In this document: one piece after another, positions 20,600-30,608 of the stretch
Numbering within the stretch: the stretch's first letter is position 1
Layout of the letters: every line of letters begins with the position of its first letter
Assembly (NCBI GenBank): GCA_003484955.1
Contig: DMZH01000001.1
Span: 151,848-215,847 of the forward strand
Reading direction: 5' to 3'
DNA: 64,000 bases
Origin: Candidatus Woesebacteria bacterium
GTDB taxonomy: Bacteria; Patescibacteriota; Microgenomatia; UBA8517
Notes under the pieces: generated by a model
What the model was told of the DNA's origin: nothing
Seen by the model: the letters and a program-made list of their open reading frames with translations, nothing else
The model's database searches: none
Program-made: the position numbers and the translations under genes

Positions 20600-22657
20600 A
20601 TGGATAAAATTTACGAACACCAGAAATACGAGGACAAAATTTACAAAAAGTGGGAAAAATCCGACGCGTTTACCCCGAAAATTTCAAAATTCAAAAAACC
20701 GTTCACTATAATAATGCCTCCCCCAAATGCCAACGATCCCCTCCATATAGGACACGCGAGGTTTGTTGCCGTCGAGGATACATTAATACGTTATCACAGA
20801 ATGAAAGGAGATCCTGCTTTATGGCTTCCTGGAAGTGATCATGCCGGTGTAGAAACGCAGTATGTCTTTGAAAAAAAACTCAGAGAAAAGGGTCAAAGCC
20901 GTTTTGATTTTGACCGCGAAACTCTCTTCAAGATGATTTGGAACTACGTTCAGGAAAATACCGGTGTAATGGAATCACAACTCAAAAAATTAGGTGCTTC
21001 CTGTGATTGGACAAGATCCAAGTTTACACTTAATCCGGAGATAATAAAAATAGTTTATAAGACATTCAAAAAACTTGCAGATGACGGACTGGTTTATAGA
21101 GATAAAAAACTTGTAAATTATTGCACCCATTGCGGCACTGCTTATTCCAATCTTGAAGTAGACTACATTGAAAGGAAAGATCCTCTCTATTACATGAAGT
21201 ACGGACCGTTTACTTTAGCTACCGTCAGGCCGGAAACAAAATTCGGTGACACCGCGGTTGCGGTACACCCGGATGACATTAGATATAAAAAATATATTGG
21301 AAAAACCATCACGGTAAAAGGACTCATCGGAGATTTCAAAGTCAAAGTCATAGCCGACAGACTGGTTGATCCCATCTTTGGAACCGGTGTCGTAAAAGTA
21401 ACTCCCGCACACGACTTTAACGACTTTGAGATGGGGGGGAGACACGGTCTTGAAATCAAACAGGTAATTGGTCTTGATGGAAAACTCAATGAACTTACAG
21501 GCAAATATCAGGGTTTGTATGTCAACCAAGCCAGGAAACAAATTGCGGAAGATCTGGAAAAAGCAGGTCTTTTGGTCAAAATTGATAATGAATACACACA
21601 CAATGTCGGCATTTGCTACAGATGCAAAAACACCATAGAACCAATGATTATGGAACAATGGTTCCTGAAAGTTGCTCCGTTAACAAAACTGGCTATAACT
21701 GCAATTGATAAGGGCGATGTTAAATTTGCCGCAAAGAAATTTGAAAAGATTGCTCTTCATTGGCTCAAAAATCTCAAAGACTGGAATATTAGCCGCCAGA
21801 TTGTTTGGGGAATAAGGATTCCTGCCTACCGATGTGATAAATGCCTTGAATGGACAATTACGGACGGACCCGCTCCCGAAAAATGCGAATCATGCGGACA
21901 CACCAAACTAACTCAAGACCTGGATACATTTGACACATGGTTTTCCTCGGGACAATGGCCTTTTGCTACCCTTAAGACAACCAATCCGAGAGATTTTGAA
22001 TATTTTTATCCGACCTCAGTAATGGAAACTGCTTACGATATTTTACCCTTTTGGGTGATCAGAATGATTATGCTTGGAACCTATATAACCGGAAAAGTTC
22101 CCTTTAGAGAAGTTCTTATCCATGGGCTTGTTAGAGATAAAGAAGGTCAAAAAATCAGTAAGTCCAAGGGAAATGTGATTAACCCCATTGAAATGGTTGA
22201 AAAATATGGCGCGGACGCGCTCCGCATGAGTTTACTTTGGGGTGCCCTTGTGGAAAACGATATTTCTCTATCTGAGGAGAATATTAATGCCCAAAGAAAG
22301 TTTTGCAATAAAATATGGAACGCCTCCCGATTTGTTTCCCAATTTAGTGATGAGGCTAAATTTAACAAATCGTTTGATAAACATCTAAAAGAAGTTGGCA
22401 AAAACGTTACAAAACGTCTTGAAAAATACCAGCTAAGTCAAGCCGCTGAACTTTTATATTCGGAGTTTTGGCATTGGTTTTGCGACGAGTGTATAGAAAA
22501 CTCCAAAAAAGGAGAGATTGGCGCAAAACAACTTAAAGAAGGTCTAATTATATTTATAAAACTACTTCATCCGTTTATGCCTTTTGTAACAGAACAAATT
22601 TGGAGTGAAATTGGGGAAGGTGAACTTCTGATTACCTCTACCTGGCCGAAAGCTTAA
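20600..22657 (+). CDS. valS: Valine--tRNA ligase (short, no C-terminal coiled-coil arm)
   Basis: PPPNAND.LHIGH, DHAG, ATVRPET, GTGVVKVTPAHD, DWNISRQ, DTWFSS and KISKS motifs. ATG at 20600 preferred as start. Confidence 0.95.
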   Translation: MDKIYEHQKYEDKIYKKWEKSDAFTPKISKFKKPFTIIMPPPNANDPLHIGHARFVAVEDTLIRYHRMKGDPALWLPGSDHAGVETQYVFEKKLREKGQSRFDFDRETLFKMIWNYVQENTGVMESQLKKLGASCDWTRSKFTLNPEIIKIVYKTFKKLADDGLVYRDKKLVNYCTHCGTAYSNLEVDYIERKDPLYYMKYGPFTLATVRPETKFGDTAVAVHPDDIRYKKYIGKTITVKGLIGDFKVKVIADRLVDPIFGTGVVKVTPAHDFNDFEMGGRHGLEIKQVIGLDGKLNELTGKYQGLYVNQARKQIAEDLEKAGLLVKIDNEYTHNVGICYRCKNTIEPMIMEQWFLKVAPLTKLAITAIDKGDVKFAAKKFEKIALHWLKNLKDWNISRQIVWGIRIPAYRCDKCLEWTITDGPAPEKCESCGHTKLTQDLDTFDTWFSSGQWPFATLKTTNPRDFEYFYPTSVMETAYDILPFWVIRMIMLGTYITGKVPFREVLIHGLVRDKEGQKISKSKGNVINPIEMVEKYGADALRMSLLWGALVENDISLSEENINAQRKFCNKIWNASRFVSQFSDEAKFNKSFDKHLKEVGKNVTKRLEKYQLSQAAELLYSEFWHWFCDECIENSKKGEIGAKQLKEGLIIFIKLLHPFMPFVTEQIWSEIGEGELLITSTWPKA

Positions 22658-23562
22658 GGCTTGGCTGTTGCCGATGGTGAACTTGCAGAACTAGCAGTGG
22701 GTGCCGCCTCGATAAACTTAAAAGTAGATAGGATTTGTTCACTTAACGCAAGTGATCCTTCCTCAGATTCATAATATGCCGCTGTTATTACATAGCCATT
22801 GTTTTGTAAAATAATCAAATAATTAGTCTCTTGTAAATGAGGAACAGGAAAACTTGAAGAAATAATAACTTTTAGCCCCTCGTGATTCGCAACAGTAATA
22901 TCTTCGGTTTTGTATGTTAAGTTTACATCGTAGGGTGGATTATTTGATTTCCAAGAATCCGCAAAAGTATCATATTTGTTTCTACCTTCAGAAGTCCACC
23001 AATCATCAGGATTCTTAGAAGATTTATATAAAGTGACAGTAAGAGGTAAAACATCACTAGCTTCATAACCCACTATGTATTCTTTATCACCTGTAAGCTC
23101 AAATTCCGAAAGAACTTTAACTTCATCAGCGTTAGTATTAGGAGGATACCTAAAAGTCAAATTAACCAAACTTATAATAAACGTTTTCCAGTTTGCAGTT
23201 GGGTCAGGGGTTGGTGAAGTAGTCACCACCGCAATGGGTGTCGGGGTTGGTGTCGTACCGGAACCACTAAAATATTTTAACCACAACAAATAACCGCCGG
23301 CAGCAAGAACCGCAATTAACATTAATATTATTGCAACAATCAGAATTGGAGAGCTTTTCTTTGCAGGTTCTGGAGAGTTTGGCGTGGTTGGTGTTTGTGG
23401 TGCAACAGGAGCACTGGGAACATCTGAGTTATCTTGTATCTGAACAGGAGGAACAAAAGTCTCCTTGGGAGTTATGGGTTCAGTCCCCAAACTTTGGGGT
23501 ATTTGTTCCGATGACTGGGGTGGATTATTTTCCCCTTGTGGTATCGAAGTATTTGGGTCCAT
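22654..23562 (-). CDS. Membrane-anchored protein: Pro-rich N-terminus, TM, PT linker, PsbP/Mog1-like domain
   Basis: PTPDPTANWKT..FRYP and EQILSTFKF, a pattern I associate with Microgenomates surface proteins. Confidence 0.65.
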   Translation of the reverse strand: MDPNTSIPQGENNPPQSSEQIPQSLGTEPITPKETFVPPVQIQDNSDVPSAPVAPQTPTTPNSPEPAKKSSPILIVAIILMLIAVLAAGGYLLWLKYFSGSGTTPTPTPIAVVTTSPTPDPTANWKTFIISLVNLTFRYPPNTNADEVKVLSEFELTGDKEYIVGYEASDVLPLTVTLYKSSKNPDDWWTSEGRNKYDTFADSWKSNNPPYDVNLTYKTEDITVANHEGLKVIISSSFPVPHLQETNYLIILQNNGYVITAAYYESEEGSLALSEQILSTFKFIEAAPTASSASSPSATAKP

Positions 23563-23577
23563 AATTTAGAGTAACAC

Positions 23578-23844
23578 ATGGATAAGGTTAAGGTCAATAA
23601 AGATACTACATACCTAATTCTTATTGTTAGCGCCTTTATATTACTACTTCTTAGTATGGTCAACATTAAAACAATTTCTACAAACAAAGAAGTTCTTGGC
23701 ATCAATACCCAGACCGAATCTGATGAAAAATTTTGGAATGATTTTTTAATAAACAATCCAAACTATATCCCCGGTTGGATTGAAATAGGTAAGTTTGAGA
23801 AAGCTGCCTCCATTAATCCGAACTTTGAAGGTTTAGACAGATAA
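23578..23844 (+). CDS. Small membrane-anchored hypothetical protein
   Basis: 88 aa with an N-terminal TM, VLG motif and TPR-like NPNY..GW..INPN. Confidence 0.6.
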   Translation: MDKVKVNKDTTYLILIVSAFILLLLSMVNIKTISTNKEVLGINTQTESDEKFWNDFLINNPNYIPGWIEIGKFEKAASINPNFEGLDR

Positions 23845-23846
23845 AC

Positions 23847-24530
23847 TTATTCTTTAGGAGCTTCTGTTGGGTTTTCTCCACCCTCGGCCGGCTGCGCTCC
23901 GCCAGTTCCTTCGGCTGCACCCTCAGCAGGAACTTCTCCTTCGACCGGAGCCGGAGCTTCTATCACTTCTTCTTTTTGAGGAGGTTCAACCTTGGCAACA
24001 ATTTCTTCAGCACCGGTTTTAATATCTACCTTAGATTTATCGTATTTTAGATCCTTAACCATTATTGCCTGATCTACCTCGGAAAGAGCACTAACATCCA
24101 CCGTAAATTTCTCGGGTAGGTCTGCAGGCAGTGCCTCGACTTTAATTTCATTGAGATACTGAACTACAGTACCAATCGACTGTTTTTCTGCGGGAGACTC
24201 ACCGGTCAGTTCGACGGGAATATCTGCTTCCACTTTTTCCTTAAGATCAACCTGCAGAAAATCTACGTGAACAGGCTCACTTGTGACTGGATGAACTTGA
24301 AGATTGTGTATAAGAACCGGTCTTTCTTCACTTCCCAAGGTAAGAGTAAGAAGGCCCGTCTCCCCCGCCTCTTTGTATATTTTTTCAAAATCTTTTAAAT
24401 CAACCTGAACAGCCTGTGATTTAACTTTTTTTCCGTAAACGTTTCCGGGTATTATTCCTTTTTTACGAAGATTTTTAACCTTCCTTCCCTCAACCGTTCT
24501 TTTATCTGCTTTAAGTATTGTTTTCGGCAT
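23847..24530 (-). CDS. rplY: 50S ribosomal protein bL25/Ctc
   Basis: LRKKGIIPGNVYG, HVDF, VEALPADLPE and an acidic tail. Confidence 0.95.
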   Translation of the reverse strand: MPKTILKADKRTVEGRKVKNLRKKGIIPGNVYGKKVKSQAVQVDLKDFEKIYKEAGETGLLTLTLGSEERPVLIHNLQVHPVTSEPVHVDFLQVDLKEKVEADIPVELTGESPAEKQSIGTVVQYLNEIKVEALPADLPEKFTVDVSALSEVDQAIMVKDLKYDKSKVDIKTGAEEIVAKVEPPQKEEVIEAPAPVEGEVPAEGAAEGTGGAQPAEGGENPTEAPKE

Positions 24531-24532
24531 TT

Positions 24533-27190
24533 TTAAAATAATATTCGTGCAAACAAATCGCGAACCAATGTTGCATTATAGCAGTATTCATACCCACCCT
24601 GCAACGGCGCGTTGCGGGGACTCTTTGAACACTGGGAAGCAAAGACAGGATTCGATCCTAAAACCTTGACGGGGGTAGTTACTTTTATGCTAACCGGAAA
24701 GCCATCTATCCCGGCTTGTTTCCTGAAGTAAAAACCATACTGGTTCAAAACACCGTCTGTTTTGTTGGTCCAAGAAAATATCAACTTTTTATTTTCCCCT
24801 CCTAACACCTCAGTTATTATGCCAATTTCTTTACGACCCTTTGAATCAGTAATCTCGGGTGTCAGTACCTGATAGTTTTGGCCGAATGTGCTGGTCACGT
24901 TTATGTTGGTGGAATTTTCAGGAACCAAAAGCCTGACATAAGATTTATATCTTCCCGAAGCACCAAGATTAGTATTTGCAGAGTTTTGCAAAGTTAATGT
25001 CAGGGTTTTGTTGATTTCCCCTCCTTTGATATTTATGTCAACTTCAGCACTTCTCTTAACAAAATAGTTTGATTTATTAACACCAACGTTTGCCTCGACG
25101 ATGCCAGCCAGGTCGGAAAAACAATCCCCATCACAACTCGGGATAAACACTGATCCATCCCAATTAAGCGCACTTATCGATTTTTGAACATCTGTTGCAT
25201 GCAAAAATAACTGCACATGTCTTTGTTCTAGACTTTCATAAATTAACTTCAAAACGGATATTTTCTGTGATGATGATAAGTTTCCGATTTCATCAAGTAT
25301 GGTTCTTGAAAGGGCTGTCAAAAAACTGGCTTTTTTGTGTGTACCGGGGAAGAAATTATCCTGTACTTCTGACTGAACTTTTTCATACAAGTTGTTTGAT
25401 GTTATATCCATATTATAATCGGATAAAAATATTGAACCGCTTACTTCCAGAAAATCTTTAATCGGATACAGGTCAATAGAGACAACCCCGTCCACCTGCT
25501 TATCCATTTCTTTATCCAAAAACCACTCGGCCCGCTTCGCAGATGTTGGAAAATCCGGATCCCAGTTTGAATCTCTAAGCCACCAATTTGCCTCACCTAA
25601 ATATTGTCTAATTGGTGCCGGCGGCTCAACATGGCCATTAAGTTGTCCATCAGCTGAATAAACATCACTAATTGCAAAGTCTGAAAGTCTGCCGTTGTCA
25701 AAAGTCAAAAGTCCGTAAGAACCTATGAAGCCTCCTGTAGGACGAAGCTCCATATTATTTTCAAAAAGGACTAAGTATGTTTTACTTTTTTCGCCGCCTA
25801 AAATATCTGGCAGTTTCTCTACAATAATTGTCATTTGAGAAACCAGATTTTTATAGGTTTCAAAATCTACTTTAGACAAAACCATTTTTGCAGCAATCGA
25901 CCCCTCCCCTTTGCCTGTTATTGTTTTTTCTTCAAGAGTTGAAATACTGGTGTAAATTTGACCAAGTTCCCCGTCTGAATCGCTAAGAACACCAGCCGCT
26001 GAATATGGTGAATTTCCAAGCATGTTGCCAAAAAGCGTTTTCCCTTTTTTAATAAGAGGTATCGCACTTATTGCCACATCGGAAGTGTTTTTAAATACAT
26101 ATGATGCATATTCGGTTTCTTTGTAAACCTGTCCTATAAGCGGTATATATTTTAGGACTTTGCTTTCATACAGTCCCACATTAGAAACAATTTTGTTTGA
26201 ATAAAACAGATTTCGAGCAACATCATCACGTCCAGCCCTAAACTCACGATATGCAAAGTAGGTCAAGGATCCACTGACAATTAGGTTTAATATCGGCAGC
26301 AAAAAGACAATTAAAAGCGGTAATAAAATTACTTTTATTCTTTTTCCGGAAGGTTTTCCAATAACTTGTTTATTGTTTTTTTTGAATGGTGGATCTTTCT
26401 GTCTTATATATTTTAAGGGTCTGGAACTGATCCATTTATATGTTTCTGTCAGTGAGTAATTAACATCTCTATTCATCCTGGATATCTCTATGTTTCTTGG
26501 TAATTTATCGGTTGGAGCATTTGGAAGAGAGATATACTTTATATCTCCCACCAATTTGGTGTTGAGTTGCCAAAATACATTGGAGGAGATTTCTGTCCCT
26601 AACAGTAGAATTTCCTTGCCGTAGGGACCAAAAGCAAAAAGCCACTTAACAATCTGTTTTGCCGCGTCACTGGCAAAGACAGGATAAAAAAGCTCTCCTA
26701 CCGGAATTGAAACAGACCTTTCTCCTATCATGTCGTTTAGATAACTGGGTAATTTAAGATTACTTGCCAGGTCGATTCTGGGACCCAAGAGATCACCCAC
26801 ATAAATTACCCCCGCGTTATCCGGGATTTGTAATCCTTCGACACCCAACACTCCATATATTTCTTTGGGTAGAATTACAAACGTTTTAGTGTTTTGAAAA
26901 TCTACAGTCTTCAAAAACTTTTTTATATCACCCTCTGCTGTTGACTTGTTTAAAAAACCTGAACAAAAAATTGTATAGCCGTAGACTACGTTTTTTTGAA
27001 AGGTGTCGTATGCGCCAATACTAAACTTGTTTCTTACGACAATGTGAGATGTCTTCTCTACCCAACCTTTTACATCGGAGGTCACAACGTTTACAAAGCA
27101 ATTGTTTGCCAGAAGATTTTCTAAAATATAGATAGATAGGAAGTTTGGCTCTGAGTAAAGAAGAACTAATGATTTTCCGTCAGGGTTCAT
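24533..27190 (-). CDS. DUF4012-domain membrane protein
   Basis: YLVLFENNMELRPTGGFIGS, LRDSNWDPDFPTSA, EANVGVNKSN and KQAG motifs. Degenerate Rossmann-like N-terminus. Confidence 0.85.
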   Translation of the reverse strand: MNPDGKSLVLLYSEPNFLSIYILENLLANNCFVNVVTSDVKGWVEKTSHIVVRNKFSIGAYDTFQKNVVYGYTIFCSGFLNKSTAEGDIKKFLKTVDFQNTKTFVILPKEIYGVLGVEGLQIPDNAGVIYVGDLLGPRIDLASNLKLPSYLNDMIGERSVSIPVGELFYPVFASDAAKQIVKWLFAFGPYGKEILLLGTEISSNVFWQLNTKLVGDIKYISLPNAPTDKLPRNIEISRMNRDVNYSLTETYKWISSRPLKYIRQKDPPFKKNNKQVIGKPSGKRIKVILLPLLIVFLLPILNLIVSGSLTYFAYREFRAGRDDVARNLFYSNKIVSNVGLYESKVLKYIPLIGQVYKETEYASYVFKNTSDVAISAIPLIKKGKTLFGNMLGNSPYSAAGVLSDSDGELGQIYTSISTLEEKTITGKGEGSIAAKMVLSKVDFETYKNLVSQMTIIVEKLPDILGGEKSKTYLVLFENNMELRPTGGFIGSYGLLTFDNGRLSDFAISDVYSADGQLNGHVEPPAPIRQYLGEANWWLRDSNWDPDFPTSAKRAEWFLDKEMDKQVDGVVSIDLYPIKDFLEVSGSIFLSDYNMDITSNNLYEKVQSEVQDNFFPGTHKKASFLTALSRTILDEIGNLSSSQKISVLKLIYESLEQRHVQLFLHATDVQKSISALNWDGSVFIPSCDGDCFSDLAGIVEANVGVNKSNYFVKRSAEVDINIKGGEINKTLTLTLQNSANTNLGASGRYKSYVRLLVPENSTNINVTSTFGQNYQVLTPEITDSKGRKEIGIITEVLGGENKKLIFSWTNKTDGVLNQYGFYFRKQAGIDGFPVSIKVTTPVKVLGSNPVFASQCSKSPRNAPLQGGYEYCYNATLVRDLFARILF

Positions 27191-27330
27191 GTTAATTAAT
27201 ATTTTACCGCAACTCCTTATTTTTTATTTAATTAAAATGCTGCAGGAAAATTAGTTTTCAAGTTGGGTTAAAATTATTAAAACTTGCGCCTCACTCGGAA
27301 CGTGAAATTTTCACAGAAAATATCCCGAAA

Positions 27331-27753
27331 TTAAAAGTGTTTGTCCAGTTCTTCGTTTAGCAAAAAATCTGCGACTTTGTTTTGCTCGCGGGGTATGTGT
27401 TTAAAAAATATTTTTTTATCTAATTCGCTAAATATTTTTCTAATCGACAAATTCAAAATCTGTAACTCCGGCTTTTTAATTTTATAAACGCCGTTCAGCT
27501 GTTTAACAACCAGTTCGGAGTCCAGAAAGAAAATAACGTTATTTTCTTTAAATGCGTGTTTACTCTTCAGTAGCCAGTTAAGGGCAAGAAGAACCCCTTC
27601 ATATTCTGCAACGTTATTGGTGTTGGTATTTAAAAATTTTGATTGCTTTTCTAAAACTTTACCTTTCAACTCTGCAACGAAAGCACATGCCGCAGGTCCA
27701 GGATTTCCTCTTGATCCCCCATCTGTATGAATGATTATTGCGTCATTTTGCAT
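27331..27753 (-). CDS. rnhA: Ribonuclease HI
   Basis: TDGGSRGNPG, TNNVAEY, DSELVVKQ and HIPREQNKVAD motifs. Confidence 0.93.
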   Translation of the reverse strand: MQNDAIIIHTDGGSRGNPGPAACAFVAELKGKVLEKQSKFLNTNTNNVAEYEGVLLALNWLLKSKHAFKENNVIFFLDSELVVKQLNGVYKIKKPELQILNLSIRKIFSELDKKIFFKHIPREQNKVADFLLNEELDKHF

Positions 27754-27760
27754 GCAATAA

Positions 27761-27840
27761 GTTTACCACGAGACTTTCGTTTCGTTGAGTGGCAAGCTAC
27801 GCTTACTTTGAGTTTACGATAAGCAAGCTCCGCTTATCAC
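27761..27840. repeat. REP/REPIN-like palindrome cluster, copy 2 (inverted)
   Basis: Minus strand reads GTAAGC-GTA-GCTTGCCACTC-N14-CTCGTGGTAAAC, matching 10657-10702. Extra hairpin GATAAGC...GCTTATC at 27818-27838. Confidence 0.75.
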
Positions 27841-27844
27841 AAAA

Positions 27845-29101
27845 TTATATTTTTTCTCTGAAAGAAATTCCCAAGAAAAGGGATAAAAGAAGCATGTTTT
27901 GTTGAATAGTAAACCAGTAGTGGTCAAAAAGTCCCGTCGTCAAAATAAAAAATATTATTAAAATCCCCCAGGTGTTTTTCGTTTTAATATTTTTAACGAA
28001 ACATAGCGAAATAAAATAATAAAGAAGGAGAGTGCCGAGAATTCCTATTTCCGTAATAAGAAGTAAATAAATATTATGAACGGGTTGCAGCAACCAAACA
28101 CCGAAAGAGGTATTTGCATAAAAAATTCCGCTAACAATAAAGTTGTTTAAACCGACTCCAGTAGTCCAACTTCCGGAAAATATTTTCCCTGCAACATCAG
28201 CCAGTTCCAATCTTTCACTAAAGTTTTGCGGAAGGGTGATTTTGCTCCCAAGTATTGATCCGGAAAAAACACTAAAGTAAAAACTTAGCAAAAAAAATAA
28301 AATTATAAGTAAGTTAAACCCCTTAATACTAAGGATATGCTTTTTAAAAACAAAATATAAAACCAGACAAAAGAAGAGTCCGACAAATGCCGATGATGAG
28401 AATGTCAAAACAAAAGCCGACAATATTATCAGTAGCCCAAAAAATCTATAAATATTAATATTTTTCAAATAGTTAAAATGCAGAAAAATTAGGGATGCTC
28501 CTAAAAATCCCGCAAATGAGTTTGGATGAGAAAACGTTGAATAAATCCGAAGACGGTTATCTCCAAACAAATTAACAAGAGCAATACCAGGAGTGAAAAT
28601 TGTAAAAGATCTTTCTCCCAATAGATATAAAATGTTACCCAGTGTTCTCCCTCTGAAAAACTGCAACACCCCGATAAACGAAAAAAATATTAACGAATAA
28701 AATAATGTCGTAGAAACATTCCTGATACTAAATACGTCTTCTCTGTTTTTGACATAATACCCAAGTGCTACAAACTCAATAATTTTCAACCACTTAATAA
28801 ACGACACATAAAAAACAGATGAGAAGAATAAATTAAAGACAATGAGCCCAAAAAGTAATAGCAGTAAATATTTATATTTTTTGATGTCAGATATGACTTT
28901 GATTCTTTTTCTAATAATCCATGGCACAAAAAGACTAATAAATAAAAGGTCTGTTAAATATATTGTTGGCGAGAGATAGTCAACACGTATGCCGAATACA
29001 AATGCAAAGTTTGGCCAAAAATGAATAGCTAATTGTGTCGGAAAAAGAAAAATTAAAAGAAGATTTAAATATTTACCAAGAAGTTTTGATTTAAGAATCA
29101 C
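27845..29101 (-). CDS. O-antigen ligase/polymerase (Wzy_C/WaaL-like) family protein
   Basis: RIYSTFSHPN, TFS, GVGLNNF, PVHNIYL...EIG and FDHY motifs with many TMs. Confidence 0.85.
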   Translation of the reverse strand: MILKSKLLGKYLNLLLIFLFPTQLAIHFWPNFAFVFGIRVDYLSPTIYLTDLLFISLFVPWIIRKRIKVISDIKKYKYLLLLLFGLIVFNLFFSSVFYVSFIKWLKIIEFVALGYYVKNREDVFSIRNVSTTLFYSLIFFSFIGVLQFFRGRTLGNILYLLGERSFTIFTPGIALVNLFGDNRLRIYSTFSHPNSFAGFLGASLIFLHFNYLKNINIYRFFGLLIILSAFVLTFSSSAFVGLFFCLVLYFVFKKHILSIKGFNLLIILFFLLSFYFSVFSGSILGSKITLPQNFSERLELADVAGKIFSGSWTTGVGLNNFIVSGIFYANTSFGVWLLQPVHNIYLLLITEIGILGTLLLYYFISLCFVKNIKTKNTWGILIIFFILTTGLFDHYWFTIQQNMLLLSLFLGISFREKI

Positions 29102-29559
29102 TTTTTAGGACTGATAATTAAGAACCTCTCTTCTCCTTCGCCCTCAGAGGTCGTCTCCACATCCTTATTGTCGGCAAGAGCCATATGGACGATTCTTCTT
29201 TGCCAGGCTTTCAAATTGTAAAGGTTTTGGGCGGCTCCCGTCTCAATTGCTCTTTGTGCAGTTGTGGTAGCTAAACCTTTAAGATATTCTTCCTCTTTTT
29301 GTCTATAATCCCCCACGTTGACAACAATTTTTGACCACTCCCCTGTCTTTTGTTTAAAAAGAACCGATAAAACATTTTGAATACTTAAAAGTGTTTCCCC
29401 CCTTTTGCCAATCAGAAGGCCTGTGGCATCTCCCGCATCAATATCCACGGTAAAAATCTCATCGCCCTCGTTGAAGCTAACCGAGGACTTAACGTCGGTT
29501 GCCATTAAAGAAAAAAGTTCGTTTACAACTTCTTTTAATATTTCGGTTTTTTCTTTCAT
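29098..29559 (-). CDS. Jag/EloR-like KH + R3H RNA-binding protein (no N-terminal Jag domain)
   Basis: LLIGKRGETL, RRIVH and SEGEGEER motifs; lies in the yidC operon. Confidence 0.88.
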   Translation of the reverse strand: MKEKTEILKEVVNELFSLMATDVKSSVSFNEGDEIFTVDIDAGDATGLLIGKRGETLLSIQNVLSVLFKQKTGEWSKIVVNVGDYRQKEEEYLKGLATTTAQRAIETGAAQNLYNLKAWQRRIVHMALADNKDVETTSEGEGEERFLIISPKK

Positions 29560-30380
29560 TATTTCTTTATGAGACTAGATTTTACCAGATTTATCGCGGG
29601 CGTCAAACCTCCCCAACCGGACATTGAAACCTGTTGCCAAACATTAACCAGCGAATAAACCAGCCAATAAAGCGCCAGTCCGGATGGAAGACTTAACCCA
29701 AAAATTAAAGTCATTAAAGGCATCATGTAAGTCATGGACTTTTGCATAGCAACCTGAGTATCGTCAAGTGTGCCCTTGGATTTTTTGGCAATTTTTTGTT
29801 CTTTTGCCATGTATGGGCTTGTTATTTTCACGGACAAAAACTGCGCAACGGTTGCGAGAATTAAGAATAATCCCGGTATACCGAACGGTATACCCTGAAT
29901 GTGAAAAGCGTCCGGTTTGCTTATGTCTAAATATAAGAAGCGCGTATTGAGTGGTTGATCGTCCGAAAACTTAAGAGGAGCGTATAAAAGATTATTAAGC
30001 TTTCCTGATGCTATATCTTGACTGGATAAAGCTGCTGTAAAAACCTGGAAAAGGGCAATCAATACCAAAAACTGCAATATATAAGGGAGACATCCTGCCG
30101 TTGGGTTGATTTTGTTTTGTTTATAAAGTTCTGCTTGTGCTTGTGAGATCTTTACCTTGTCACTTCCGTATTTTTTCCTAAGCTTCGCAAGCTGTGGCTC
30201 CATCTCCTTAATTCTTTTCATCGATTCCATGTATGGCTTTGTAAGAGGTCTCAGGAGAAAAATTAAAAATACGCTAAAAAGAATAATTGCAATTCCAAGA
30301 TTTTGTCCCAAATACTTATAAAAAAGAATAAGACCGTTTGTTAATGGTTGAACCAGTATTGTTGTAAAAATATTTCCCAT
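29559..30380 (-). CDS. yidC: Membrane protein insertase YidC
   Basis: ELYKQNKINP.AGCLP and LPSGLALYW motifs. Confidence 0.93.
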   Translation of the reverse strand: MGNIFTTILVQPLTNGLILFYKYLGQNLGIAIILFSVFLIFLLRPLTKPYMESMKRIKEMEPQLAKLRKKYGSDKVKISQAQAELYKQNKINPTAGCLPYILQFLVLIALFQVFTAALSSQDIASGKLNNLLYAPLKFSDDQPLNTRFLYLDISKPDAFHIQGIPFGIPGLFLILATVAQFLSVKITSPYMAKEQKIAKKSKGTLDDTQVAMQKSMTYMMPLMTLIFGLSLPSGLALYWLVYSLVNVWQQVSMSGWGGLTPAINLVKSSLIKK

Positions 30381-30383
30381 TTA

Positions 30384-30608
30384 TTATTTATTTACGGGAT
30401 CAAATCCGTAACCTCCCCAAGGATGGCATTTACCGAGCCTTTTTAAACCCATTTCCAAACCTTTGGGAAAACCAAATTTTTCCAAGGCCTCAATTGTATA
30501 CTCCGAACAGGTCGGTGTAAAACGGCAGGCTTTACCAAAAACAGTCTCCAGAACCGGAGAGATAAATTTTTTATAAAAGCCTAATACAAAGATCAATATT
30601 TTTTTCAT
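30384..30608 (-). CDS. yidD: Membrane protein insertion efficiency factor
   Basis: CRFTPTCSEY and RLGKCHPWGGYGFDPV motifs. Confidence 0.95.
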   Translation of the reverse strand: MKKILIFVLGFYKKFISPVLETVFGKACRFTPTCSEYTIEALEKFGFPKGLEMGLKRLGKCHPWGGYGFDPVNK

